From NCBI GenBank assembly GCA_036789645.1, contig DAIQLC010000002.1, positions 22,398-86,397 on the forward strand: a stretch of 64,000 nt of DNA, in the 5' to 3' direction. The notes under the pieces are model-generated. The model was not told the origin of the DNA and ran no database searches. It saw only the letters and a list, made by a program, of their open reading frames with translations. Below, piece by piece: positions 37,483 through 47,900 of the stretch. Position 1 is the first letter of the stretch, and each line of letters opens with the position of its first letter. This stretch comes from Candidatus Hydrogenedentota bacterium (GTDB lineage: Bacteria > Hydrogenedentota > Hydrogenedentia > Hydrogenedentales > SLHB01). The translations under genes and the position numbers were made by a program.

Positions 37483-39798
37483 TTACCATTGTGCGGGCAT
37501 GAACCCGTCGACATTCTCCCGGGTGATGATGTGTTTGGGCAGATAGGTCACGGGGGGAATCGGCTCTCCCTGAAACCACCGTGCGGCGGTATGCACCGCG
37601 AGCGCGCCGTCTCCCTCGGCCGACTGGCAGGTGAGCGCGAGGGTTTCTCCGGCCTTTACCGAGTCCATGCCGGTTTTGCTGTTTCCCGCCGCGACGATGA
37701 CGAGGTCGGTTCGTCCCGCTTTCTTCACCGCTTCCAGTGTTCCAGTCAGCTCGAATCCGTCATCCGCCAGGATGAGTCCCTTCAATTCATCTCCGAACTT
37801 GGTGATCCAGGCCGACACCAGTTGCAGGGATGCATCGGCTTCGAGGTTGGCCGTGTCCATGGCCAGCAGTTTCATACCGGGCGCGTATTCGCGGAGTTCG
37901 GTGATGGGCGCGTAGGTGCGGGAGAAGAAACACGAACTGCCGGGCATGTGCCGCACGATGGCGTAGCCGCCGCTCCTGCCCAGCGCGTCGGCAAAGGACC
38001 GGGCGAGCATGCGGAACTGGCCCCAGTCGTCGGGACCGGTCCACGCCAGGCAATACCTCATGGCCTCGTCGCAGGGGATGGTGTTGGAGGTAACGCACGG
38101 GATGCCGGCGCCGTGGATTCTGCGGAGGAGCGGGGTGCAGGCCGTGGCGTCCACCGGAGCGAAGATGATCATGTCCGGATGCTCGTTGATGGCCTGATCT
38201 GTTTGCTGCGCCTGGAGATCGACGTTCCAGTTGCTGTTGAACACCTTGGTCTGCATCCCGTACGCCTCGGCGATCACATGAAACCCGCGCACGTAGGCGG
38301 TCCAGTAAGGGTGATCGCCCGCTTTGAGCAGGATGACGCGCTTGCCGGCGGGGCCGTCTCCCGGCGATACGGGCATCGGCGCCTTTTCGACCCGCCATCC
38401 CGCGAATTCAATGTCCCACCAGTGGCCTCGCTCGGTCTCGGGCAGGCGTTTCGGGTCCTCCGGGCGCTCCGGTATCACGATGGGCGCGTCCGCGGGAGGA
38501 AAGAGATACGGCTGCCCGTCGGTTCCGCGAAGCGCGAAGACGTCGTGCCGGTGCGCGGCATCAGGCACGCCCCGGTAAACGGTTGTGGCGCCGTCCGGGG
38601 CAATAAGCTGTACGGGAAGCGACGCGAACTTGAAGTACATGGCCGTGATCGCCGCAATGGCCACGAGCGCGGTGAGCGTCAGGCAAACCAGCGGGAAACG
38701 GTCCCTGCTCTGCATATCCGACTCTCCTTCATCGGTTTCCGGCGATCCGGCGCTGCTGAATACGGTACCTTCGCGGACCTCGTTGAGCAAATCAGGCCGT
38801 TGTCCTTTGAGGAGTTCGTGCCGGTGGATGGCATAGGCCTCATACAGGACGACGAGGGCGAGAATCAGGCCATTCACGAAAATCTGCACTTCGAACCCCC
38901 ATCCGTAACATCCGATGCCGTTGAAGAGGGTTGTCAGCATCAGCACGGCGAAATAGCTCTTGAGGACGCTGCCTTTGCCGCCGGTCATGAGGGTGCCGCC
39001 GATGATCACGGCGGCCAGGACGGTCATGAGGGTGCGGGTGCCGAGGACGGCGGCCGCGGTCATCGAACTGAGGCTTGCCGCGAACAGGGCGCCGCCCGCC
39101 GCCGCCGTGAGGCTGCACAGGCAGAAGCCGGTGATGAGGTAGCGGTCGCGGTGGAGCCCGGCGAGCCACGCGGCGTCGGGATTGGCGCCCACCAGAAAGA
39201 AGACCCGGCCCCAGCGGGTGCGGTTGAGGAACACGGAACCGAGGGCCGCCAGCGCGATGGGAATGAGGGCGAGCGGGGGCAGGAACAGAACGAGCGGCGC
39301 CGCGAGCCAGTCCGCAAACCGGAAATCGTCGATGGATTTCGAGCCGCCGTCGCTGTACAGGTGCATCAGCCCCATGACGATGGTCATCGTGCCGAGGGTG
39401 ACGATAAACGAGTTGATGCGGGCCTTGACGACCAGCAGGCCGTTAAACAGCCCCGTCAGCAGACCCGCGCCAAGCGCGATCGCGAACGCGCCTGCCCAGC
39501 CACACGACGGCTGCAGGCCGATCGTAAGCATGCCGGAGAGCATGACCACCGCGCCGATGGACAGATCGAGCTGGCCGAGGATCAGAATGATCGTGAACCC
39601 GAGCGCCACCGTCGCGTTGAGGCTGGCCCCTTTCAGGATGGTGGATACGTTGTGAAGGGAGAGAAAATTCGGCGCGAAGGCGCTGAGGTATGCGAAAAGC
39701 GCGGCCAGCATCAGGAGCGCGCGATGTTCGTTCACGAATCGCGGGACGTTCCGGAGCGCATTTCCGGAAACCCTGCCTGTGCGGTCCGGGTTACGCAT
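37483..39798 (-). CDS. Fusion protein: ABC sugar permease (RbsC/AraH-like, N-terminal ~330 aa) + extra TM helix + C-terminal periplasmic sugar-binding (RbsB/LacI-type PBP) domain.
   Basis: N-terminal permease core homologous to the adjacent permease (SIGAVVMLSGMLT..., TLMTGGKGSV). Then FPLVCLTLTALVAIAAITAMYF. Then a type-I periplasmic-binding-protein-like domain (KRVILLKAGDHPYW...IIFAPVD...IPCVTSN). The ATG at 39798 overlaps the upstream stop by 8 nt. Confidence 0.75.
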   Translation of the reverse strand: MRNPDRTGRVSGNALRNVPRFVNEHRALLMLAALFAYLSAFAPNFLSLHNVSTILKGASLNATVALGFTIILILGQLDLSIGAVVMLSGMLTIGLQPSCGWAGAFAIALGAGLLTGLFNGLLVVKARINSFIVTLGTMTIVMGLMHLYSDGGSKSIDDFRFADWLAAPLVLFLPPLALIPIALAALGSVFLNRTRWGRVFFLVGANPDAAWLAGLHRDRYLITGFCLCSLTAAAGGALFAASLSSMTAAAVLGTRTLMTVLAAVIIGGTLMTGGKGSVLKSYFAVLMLTTLFNGIGCYGWGFEVQIFVNGLILALVVLYEAYAIHRHELLKGQRPDLLNEVREGTVFSSAGSPETDEGESDMQSRDRFPLVCLTLTALVAIAAITAMYFKFASLPVQLIAPDGATTVYRGVPDAAHRHDVFALRGTDGQPYLFPPADAPIVIPERPEDPKRLPETERGHWWDIEFAGWRVEKAPMPVSPGDGPAGKRVILLKAGDHPYWTAYVRGFHVIAEAYGMQTKVFNSNWNVDLQAQQTDQAINEHPDMIIFAPVDATACTPLLRRIHGAGIPCVTSNTIPCDEAMRYCLAWTGPDDWGQFRMLARSFADALGRSGGYAIVRHMPGSSCFFSRTYAPITELREYAPGMKLLAMDTANLEADASLQLVSAWITKFGDELKGLILADDGFELTGTLEAVKKAGRTDLVIVAAGNSKTGMDSVKAGETLALTCQSAEGDGALAVHTAARWFQGEPIPPVTYLPKHIITRENVDGFMPAQW

Positions 39799-40786
39799 AG
39801 TCTTTGCCCCGGGCGCGAAGCTGGTACTGCTGGAAGCCGACGACCCCGATGAACACCAGGCCGGTCACAATGTTCTGGCGAAACGCCGTGATCCCCAGGA
39901 ACGTCAGGATGTTGGTCAACAGGCCGATGACCAGCACGCCTCCGAAGACTCCCGGGATATGGCCGCGCCCGCCGCTGAGCATGACGCCCCCAATCACCAC
40001 CGCCGTGACCGCCTTGAAGTCGTATCCCTGGCCCAGATAGAAAACGCCGAGCTTGTTCATGGAGGTGAGGAAAATCCCGGCCACGGACGCGGCGAACGCG
40101 GCGGCCAGGAAGTTGAAGAACACCACCCGGGAAACCCGGATGCCGGAACTTCTGGCCGCCGCGCGGGACGACCCGGCAAGCCGGCTCTCGCGTCCGAACC
40201 GTGTCCTGGTCATGACGAAATGCGCGACCGCGAAGAGCGCAATCATGACGAGGACGATGAGAGGAACCGGTCCGGCGCGCATCCGGAACATCCCAATGAA
40301 GGCAGCGCCGGGCGTGCCCGGTTCGATTTCCGGATAGAGCTGATTGTTGCTCCAGGTGAACCGCATGAAGCCTTCCATGAAAAAGGCCACGGCGAGGGTC
40401 CAGAGGATGGGGTTGGCGTTCAGCTTGCCGACGACGAGCCCGTTCATGGCGCCGATGGCCAGGCCCGCGAGCATGCCCAGCAGGAGCGCGGGAACGAGAC
40501 CCAGAGACAGCGACGCCACCGCGATGATGCCCGAGAAAGCCATCGTCGCGGGAAGTGAAAGGTCAGCCATATTGCCCGAGTAGGTGACGAACGCCATGCC
40601 GCAGGCCACAATCCCCAGGAGGGCCACGCCGCTCAGGATGCTCAGCAGGTTTTCCGCGGTCAGAAAGTCGGGGGATACAAGTGCGCCCGCGACAAGCAGG
40701 GCCGCGGCGACGGCGTAGATGCCCGCGGTCTCCAGAACGGCCCGGGCGGCGCTGCGCGGCGAAGGCAAAGTGGTCTGGGCGTTCAC
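39791..40786 (-). CDS. ABC sugar transporter permease (RbsC/branched-chain type).
   Basis: Ten-TM BPD pattern (GVFGGVLVIGLLTNIL). GTG start overlapping the ATPase stop (GTGA). Confidence 0.85.
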   Translation of the reverse strand: MNAQTTLPSPRSAARAVLETAGIYAVAAALLVAGALVSPDFLTAENLLSILSGVALLGIVACGMAFVTYSGNMADLSLPATMAFSGIIAVASLSLGLVPALLLGMLAGLAIGAMNGLVVGKLNANPILWTLAVAFFMEGFMRFTWSNNQLYPEIEPGTPGAAFIGMFRMRAGPVPLIVLVMIALFAVAHFVMTRTRFGRESRLAGSSRAAARSSGIRVSRVVFFNFLAAAFAASVAGIFLTSMNKLGVFYLGQGYDFKAVTAVVIGGVMLSGGRGHIPGVFGGVLVIGLLTNILTFLGITAFRQNIVTGLVFIGVVGFQQYQLRARGKDYA

Positions 40787-42375
40787 GAGTGTTCGCCCTC
40801 CTGGCCGGAAGCCGTGGTGCGGACGGCGCCGCGCCCGGCATTCGAGGCGGCGGCATCGGGAGCGCGAAACGCATAGTGGCCGTTCGCGGCGAGCAGGACG
40901 GCCTCCTCAGATAGCTCCTCCCGCTCCATTTCGCCGATCAACCGGCCCTGGCGCATGACGAGCACGCGATCCGACATGCCAACGAGTTCCGGCAGGTCGG
41001 AACTGATCAGCAGGACGGCCGTGCCCTGCCCGGTGAGCGTCATGATGGCCTCGTGGATTTGGCGCTTCGCCGTCACGTCGACGCCGCGGGTGGGTTCGTC
41101 CAGGAGCAGCACGTGCGGTTTCGTGGCAAGCCATTTTGCCAGGAGGACCTTCTGCTGATTGCCTCCGGACAGCGTGCCCGTATCGGCCTCGAGCGACGGG
41201 GCCACAATGTGGAGCGCGGTGAAGAGACGGTGCGCCACCGCCGAGTCCTTGTCCGGACGGCAGACGCCCAGGGTGGCATGGCGGGCCGTGAGTGCGGCGA
41301 CCAGGTTCTGGCTGACGGGCAGGCGCAGGAACAGGCCGTCGGCCTTCCGGTCCTCGGTCAGATAGACGAGCCCTTTCGACACCGATCGGGCGTAATCCCC
41401 CGGTTCAATGATCCCATCGTGAAGCGACACCGTCCCATAATGGACGGGGTCGAGCCCGCAGAGAGACCGGGCCAGTTCGGTGCGGCCCGAACCCGACAGG
41501 CCGGCCAGTCCAAGCGTTTCGCCCCGTCGCAGCGCAAACGACACGTCGTGAAAGTAGCCGTAGCGCGTCAGACGCACGGCGCGCAGGACCGTGTCGCCAA
41601 TCTCGGGATGACGGGCGGCGTAGAATTCGTCGATCGTCTGTCCGGCCATCATCTGGACAAGTTTCCGGGGCGTCGCCTCCTCAATGGAAAGCGTTCCCGT
41701 GTTTCGCCCGTCGCGGAGCACGGTGACGCGATCGGCAATCTCGAAGACTTCGGGCAGGTGGTGGGAAATGTAAATGATGGCAAGTCCGCGCCGCTTCAGA
41801 TCACGAATGATGTCAAAAAGCCGCGCCGTTTCCTCGCGCGACAAGGACGACGTGGGCTCATCGAGGACGAGAATGCACGGTTTGTTGCTCAGCACCTTGG
41901 CAATCTCGACCAGTTGAGCCTCATGCGGGCTGATTTCCCCGACGGCCTGTCGCGGGTCCAGCGCCAGGCCTACATACTCGAGCCAGCGGCGTGCCTCGTC
42001 GAACAGGGCCTTGCGCTGGATGAGACCCCACCGGTTCGCGGGGAGACGTCCCGCGAGCACGTTTTCGGCAATGGAGAGAGGCCGGGCGAGGCTGAGTTCC
42101 TGATGGACCATGCCCACGCCGTGTTCTTTGGCCTCGGATGGCGAGTGCAGCGTCACGGTCTGCCCTCCGATGCGAATGAGGCCGCTGTAATCGTTGAAGG
42201 CGCCGGACAGGATTTTCATGAGGGTGGATTTGCCGGCGCCGTTTTCGCCCATCAGGGCGTGCACCTCGCCCGCGTTGACATCGAGGTCGACGCGGTCGAC
42301 TGCCAGCGTGCCCGGATACCGTTTTGAAACGGCTTCCATGACCAGCGCCTGGCCGATAGTGCCGCCGTATGACAT
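40783..42375 (-). CDS. Sugar ABC transporter ATP-binding protein with two fused NBDs (RbsA/MglA/XylG type).
   Basis: Walker A GENGAGKST and a second NBD with LSGGNQQKVLLAKWL. Start taken at the ATG at 42375 (MSYGG...); the track ORF begins at an upstream TTG at 42411. Confidence 0.85.
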   Translation of the reverse strand: MSYGGTIGQALVMEAVSKRYPGTLAVDRVDLDVNAGEVHALMGENGAGKSTLMKILSGAFNDYSGLIRIGGQTVTLHSPSEAKEHGVGMVHQELSLARPLSIAENVLAGRLPANRWGLIQRKALFDEARRWLEYVGLALDPRQAVGEISPHEAQLVEIAKVLSNKPCILVLDEPTSSLSREETARLFDIIRDLKRRGLAIIYISHHLPEVFEIADRVTVLRDGRNTGTLSIEEATPRKLVQMMAGQTIDEFYAARHPEIGDTVLRAVRLTRYGYFHDVSFALRRGETLGLAGLSGSGRTELARSLCGLDPVHYGTVSLHDGIIEPGDYARSVSKGLVYLTEDRKADGLFLRLPVSQNLVAALTARHATLGVCRPDKDSAVAHRLFTALHIVAPSLEADTGTLSGGNQQKVLLAKWLATKPHVLLLDEPTRGVDVTAKRQIHEAIMTLTGQGTAVLLISSDLPELVGMSDRVLVMRQGRLIGEMEREELSEEAVLLAANGHYAFRAPDAAASNAGRGAVRTTASGQEGEHS

Positions 42376-42511
42376 TGGCGGGTGATGTCCCCCAACGTTA
42401 GCCAATGGCAAACCATTAGCGCCAAGCCGTGGGCGGGAGCCGGTACGAGACTACATGCTGCGTCATGGCCGGGGCGTTTTTCAAGCGGGTGCGCGCCGCG
42501 GCGGCGGCAGG

Positions 42512-44671
42512 TTATTCGCCGAGGAATCCGTGGGCCCGGGCCATGTAGTACGCGAGGAGGTACGGGACGCCTTCGCGGAGGCGCGTGCCGTCGCCGCTGT
42601 AGGTGAGCGCCCAGGGGTCGAGGTCCCAGTAGATCTCGTGGCGTTCGTCGATGGGGAAGACCTGGCCGTCGTGGCGCCCCCCCCTGCCGGTGGGCTGACC
42701 GGTTTCGTCCAGGATGGGCGCCATATCGATGCGGTGGGCGTTGGACATGGGCCAGTCCACCAGGTCAAGCGGATAGCGTCTCAGCGTGTCGATGGCGTCG
42801 TCGAAGCAGTGCTTTTGCGGCGTGAGGTCCACGGTACCCCACTGGTCGGTGCGGGTCTTGCCGAGGCAACACGCGGCATAGATGAGATTCGTGAACGGAT
42901 TGCGCTCGCGTTTTTCGTGCTGCCAGTGGTTCATGATCGCGAAATGGTACATGCTAAGCAGTTTGGGATCGGTCTCATAGCGAATCAGGTGGTAGTAATT
43001 CATGAAGGCCATGTTGTCGTCGGGCTGGTGGCCCACAAAACCCGGTCCGGACAGATACCCGGGCTGGGTCATGCCGTTCATGCCGTAGCCGTGTTCGAGG
43101 GCGAGTTCGAGGTAGACGTCGCGGTATCTCGGGTCGCCCGTGATGTGGTGGGCAATGGAGAGGTAGGTCAGAATGCTGAACGAGTTCAGGCCGCGTTCCG
43201 CGCACCAGGCCTCGTTCCTGTTCAGGTCGTCGGGGGAAAAACGGCCCCAGCGGGTCGGCTGGCCGTCGTGGTCCACGAGGTTGTAGCCGTGGTCCAGGAT
43301 GTGGTCGATGATGCGCCGGACGGCCTGGCGCACTTCGTCGCGTTCCGATTCGGTCTGGCAGACCCGGTCGAAGTAGATGGCAAACCCGAAGAAATGGCCG
43401 TCAAGCTCGTCGGAACTCGAATCGTTCTTCCAATACCATTCGCCCGACGCATCGACGGGCCAGCGGGGTTGAATGATCTTCCAGAGGGCGTCGCGTTCCC
43501 GGCGGCGGAGGTCGTAGGCCCGGTCGAACTGGGGGTTGGGGTCCGGTTCTGACGTGGGCAGTACGGCCCGTGCGATAAACCCTTTCGGCGCAGGGTGGGC
43601 GCCGCCTTCGGTGACCTCGCTCAGAAAGGCGAGGGCGTGAAACGCATTGACGGCGTCGTGCTTCAATGTCTCGCTGCGGGTCACGGCATACCCGAGGCTC
43701 ACCGCGCCGAGATAGAGTCCCGTGAAATGCCCATCGTTGTCGGTAAACACCGGCACGGCGCTGCGTTTGTCGCCCGGCGAGGCGAGCCGGGCGGGATTTA
43801 CGTAACCCAAACGGGTGCGGCGGTGGTACTTCTCAATTTCGTCGATGAAAAACACCGCCTTGCCGGAGAACGTCATCGGTTCGAACGCGATGCACGACAC
43901 GCCCTGCGCCGTCGCGAACCAGGCGTTGCCCTCGGGGTCGATGGCAATGTCGCGGACGTGGTTGTCGAGGAGCCAGCGCCGTCCCTGCCGGAACGCCCAG
44001 TGGCCGTCGCGGTAATGGATCGCCCCGTTGGTGGTGCCGAACCAGACGCCCCTGGGACCGGCGGCCATGCAGGTGAAGTCGTTGTACGGCAAACCGTCCG
44101 CGCCGGTAAAGAGTTTCCAGTCCGTGTCGGTGATGCGGCACCCGACCCCCTGCGGCGCCGCAAACCACAGGTGTCCGGAGTCGTCGTAGGCGACGCTGCG
44201 CACGTCGACCGGGGCCCAGCGCACGGTGCCCTCACGGGGGAGAGCCCGTTCCCATTGGGCAGCCTTTTCGAGATACAGGCCCGTGTCGCAGGCCACGGCC
44301 CATTCGCCCTGGTTTTGGGCTACGGCGCGAATCTCAGGTTCGGCGCCCGCGACGTTCCGCAAACGCGCGCGCTGTTCATGGACAAGCGTTGGCTTGGCAA
44401 AGATCTCCGAAGAGACCTGCGGTTCCACGCGCCACTGTCCTGCCTGAAAGATCGCCCATCCCCCTGCGGTTTCCGCGACGATCCGGCCGCCGGCATCCCG
44501 TGCCACCCGTAGCACGTTGTTGTCAGGCAAGCCCTCCTGCGTCGTGTAGGCCCGGTGGACGTCCTGCTCGAACATCTCCGCGGCGAACGGCAGCTCGTAT
44601 CCCGCTTCCTGACTGTGCGCTATGGCGCAGGCCAGACTCAGCCCTATCCCGGCAAACACGGTCGCGCGCAT
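42512..44671 (-). CDS. Hypothetical secreted protein: N-terminal beta-propeller (two-component-regulator-propeller-like) repeats + C-terminal (alpha/alpha)6-barrel-like glycosidase-type domain.
   Basis: ATG at 44671 with RBS caggaggg. Signal peptide MRATVFAGIGLSLACAIAHSQEAG. Repeats GLPDNNVLRVARDAGGRI, GVWFGTTNGAIHYRDGHW and GNAWFATAQGVSCI. The C-terminus is helical-repeat rich with conserved acidic residues. Confidence 0.65.
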   Translation of the reverse strand: MRATVFAGIGLSLACAIAHSQEAGYELPFAAEMFEQDVHRAYTTQEGLPDNNVLRVARDAGGRIVAETAGGWAIFQAGQWRVEPQVSSEIFAKPTLVHEQRARLRNVAGAEPEIRAVAQNQGEWAVACDTGLYLEKAAQWERALPREGTVRWAPVDVRSVAYDDSGHLWFAAPQGVGCRITDTDWKLFTGADGLPYNDFTCMAAGPRGVWFGTTNGAIHYRDGHWAFRQGRRWLLDNHVRDIAIDPEGNAWFATAQGVSCIAFEPMTFSGKAVFFIDEIEKYHRRTRLGYVNPARLASPGDKRSAVPVFTDNDGHFTGLYLGAVSLGYAVTRSETLKHDAVNAFHALAFLSEVTEGGAHPAPKGFIARAVLPTSEPDPNPQFDRAYDLRRRERDALWKIIQPRWPVDASGEWYWKNDSSSDELDGHFFGFAIYFDRVCQTESERDEVRQAVRRIIDHILDHGYNLVDHDGQPTRWGRFSPDDLNRNEAWCAERGLNSFSILTYLSIAHHITGDPRYRDVYLELALEHGYGMNGMTQPGYLSGPGFVGHQPDDNMAFMNYYHLIRYETDPKLLSMYHFAIMNHWQHEKRERNPFTNLIYAACCLGKTRTDQWGTVDLTPQKHCFDDAIDTLRRYPLDLVDWPMSNAHRIDMAPILDETGQPTGRGGRHDGQVFPIDERHEIYWDLDPWALTYSGDGTRLREGVPYLLAYYMARAHGFLGE

Positions 44672-44972
44672 GGGGCCCTCCTGCGGGGCAGGCCGCCCTG
44701 GGGCCGTGCACCGCGCGTTGTATCCCGCCCTTTCTTCACAAACGCGGGCATCATGATACCTCACTCCGTGCGGCGGAACCATCGGCGCCGGGAAACTTGT
44801 GATGATGCGCGGATTCTGCTCCAATGGCCCCGTTAGCGGTACGTAATCGGGCCGGCACGGGGCGCCTGGACGAACGGGGACACGCGCGGATTCACGTGCG
44901 GGCCGGAGTGGCACGGCTCCGTGCGCTCCCCCGCCCGCCGGAATAGCGGGTTCCATTCGGGAAGGTGAGGAT

Positions 44973-47900
44973 ATGACGTTTTTGCTTTTGTCTGTAAGCT
45001 GTTCGCTTCATCTCCTGGCGGCCGCTCCCGCCCAGGTGACGGCGCAGGACTTCGCGCGGGAAATTGAACGTGCGCTGCCGGTGGAGGAACGGTATGCCTG
45101 CCACGCGTGGCTCTCGGAGGCGCCTGTGCATGTGCCAGGGCGGAACCCGGACACCCGCATTTCGGCGGGAGAAATGGCGTTCGCGGAAGATGGGTGGCGG
45201 CTCGTCTATGACCAGCGGAGCGGGGCGGTGCTTCAGACGGCGGTGCTGGATTTTCAGGATTATCTGAAGGTCTCCATGGGCGTTGACTTGGCGGTCGAGG
45301 GCCGGGACTCGCTCGAGGGCTGGGAGAACCTGCCCCGCTGCATCGTCGTGGGAACGCGCGACCAGTTGCCGGGGTGTGGCGCGGCGTTGACGGGACCCAA
45401 GGACTACGAACTCACGGCCACCCCCGAACGGGTGACGGTGTGCGGGTACGACGAACGGGGCGCCATGTTCGGGCTCTACAACCTGGAGGCCCGGATGAAT
45501 CTCCGCGAGGGACCGTTCCTGCCCGCGGATCTGAGTGTGGTGCGGCACAGCCTGTACAATGCGCGCCTGGTCCATTCCTGGATGGGGTGGATGGAATTCC
45601 CGGACACCCTGCTGTCGCGTCTGGCCCACGACGGGTTCGACGCGATCTACGCCTCCGCGTTGGCGAACCCGAACGGCGACCGCACCACCGCGGAGACGTC
45701 GACCGATTTTTACGCACGAATCCTGTTCCGGATGCGGCATCAGGATCCGGCCCGGATGCGGGACCTCATCGACCGGGCGTCGCGATACGGCATCAAGGTG
45801 TATGCGCCTGTCATCTACCAGTATATGGGGACGCCGGAGAGCGAGGAGGGTCTTCGAAACCTCGTGCGGGAGATCCTGGCGCAGTTTCCCGATATTCAGG
45901 GATACGTGCTGCTCACGGAAGGCTTCTGGTACAAGCAGTGGGGCGGAGGGCATGGCGCGAGCGAAGCGTACATGCACGACTGGGCCCAGAACTGGAGTCG
46001 GGCCGTGGGCATCGTGGCGGAGGAGTGCCACCGGGTGAATCCCGCGATTGAGATTCTTCCGTGGGAGTACAACATCGACTTCCGGCCGCAAAACGCCCCC
46101 ATGAAGCGCTACTTCATCCAGCAGCTTCCGCAGGACACGATTCCCCTGGTTACATGGGAGAACGGGAAGAGCTTCGAGATCGACGGATTCCAGGGCCATC
46201 TGCGGGACTATGCGATCAGCCAGGTGGGGCCCGCGGAGGTCACGCAGGCGCAGATCGAAGAGGCGCGCCGGCGGGGCATGAACGTCTACACCAACGGCGA
46301 CACGTTCGTATGCGGCGCTCAGTTGCAGACCGTGCCGTACCACCCGTTCCCCTATCAATGGTACGAACGGTACAAGGCGATGCAGGAACACGGCGTGAAC
46401 GGAACACTCGAAAGCTGGTCCACCGGATACTCGCCGAGTTTCATGACCGAGCTGCGGGCGTGGTACTGCTGGAGCGGCGCTCCGCCCCTCGATGAACTGC
46501 TCCGGGCCATCGCGGCGCGCAATTTCGGGGCCGGGAGCGAAGAAACGGTCCTGAGCGCCTGGGACCGGTTCAGCCAGGCCATCCGGCTGGTGCCGGATAC
46601 CGGTCCCACGATGGGAACCAGCCATGCGATCGGCAATCCGCTGTTTTTTCAGGAACCGCCGGCCCGCACGACCAGATTCACACGGTCGTGGACGGATGAG
46701 GGCACGTGGATGGGCTACCTGGGCGGCGAGATCAATCCCTGGTGGCCGTTCACCGTATCGCGTCTGGTGTTCTGCCCGGATTTCACGAACCAGTCGAACC
46801 GGGCCGAATCCTATGCCCGCAGTGTCTCGGGGATTGAAAGCAGGCCGGACGAACGGTTTCTGCCCGTATTTCTCAAATACCTGCAGGCAGCGGCCGACAA
46901 ACTGGAAGACGGGTTGACGCTCTACCGGGCCGCCGCGCTGGCCAGTCCCGAGGCCAAACGGGACGGCGCGCTGCGCGAAGTCGTTGTCGTCGAGCAGATC
47001 CAGCGGATGCTCCTGAGCAACCGGGCGATCCTCGAATTCGAAGACCTTCGCCTGCAACTGGCCGCGGAACAGGATTCGGGAAACGCCGGCGCCATCCTGG
47101 ACCGGATGGAGACCATCCTTCGCGAGGAAATCGCCCGAACCGAGCTGTCGCTGCTTGCCGCCGCACGGGATTCACGCCTGGGCTTCCAGTCGGAATGCGA
47201 CTACGTCTACACGCCCTACTCGCTTCAGGAAAAGCTGGAGCTCCTCCGCGAGACGCTTGATGTACAGTTGCCGGCGCGGCGCGGACTGGCCGTCGCGACC
47301 GGGAGCGCGGTTGACGTGCCCGACGACGACTTTTCGCGGGAAGTGGCCCGGGTGCTTCCTCCGGAGGAATCCTACGCGTATCACAACAGGCTGTCGCAGG
47401 ATCCCGTACATGTGCCGCGGCGGAATCCCGAGGCCAGCGCGAACCCCGATGAACTGGCGTTGCCCGACCAGGGCTGGACACTGGTGTGGCGCCAGCGCGG
47501 CGGGGCCGTGCTTCAGAACGCGGTCCAGGACTTTCAGGATTATCTCAAGACCTCGATGGGCGTGGAGGTCAATGTCGAGGGCCGGGATTCGCTCGACGGT
47601 TGGCAGGGGCTGACCGGGTGCATCGTTGCGGGTACGCGCGACCAGTTGCCGGATTGTGGGGCGGCGCTGACGGGTCCCAAGGACTACGCGATCACCGCGG
47701 CGCCCGGGCGGGTGGTGGTGTGCGGGTACGACGAGCGGGGGGTGATGTTCGGGCTGTACAACCTGGAGGCCCGGATGAACCTGCGCGAAGGACCGTTCCT
47801 TCCCGCGAATCTGAATACGGTGCGGCACAGCCTGTATGACATGCGGATGATCGAGTCCTGGATGGGCTGGATGGAATGGCCGGACACGCTGCTCTCCCAC

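Noticed and set aside
36745-39852. 1035-aa plus-strand ORF
   Set aside because: Antisense to the URO-D-like and permease-SBP fusion genes, both of which have clear family signatures. No motifs of its own.
42440-42470. GC-rich segment followed by TTTTT on the plus strand (ggccggggcgttttt)
   Set aside because: No convincing stem precedes the T-run. It is on the wrong strand to terminate either adjacent minus-strand gene.
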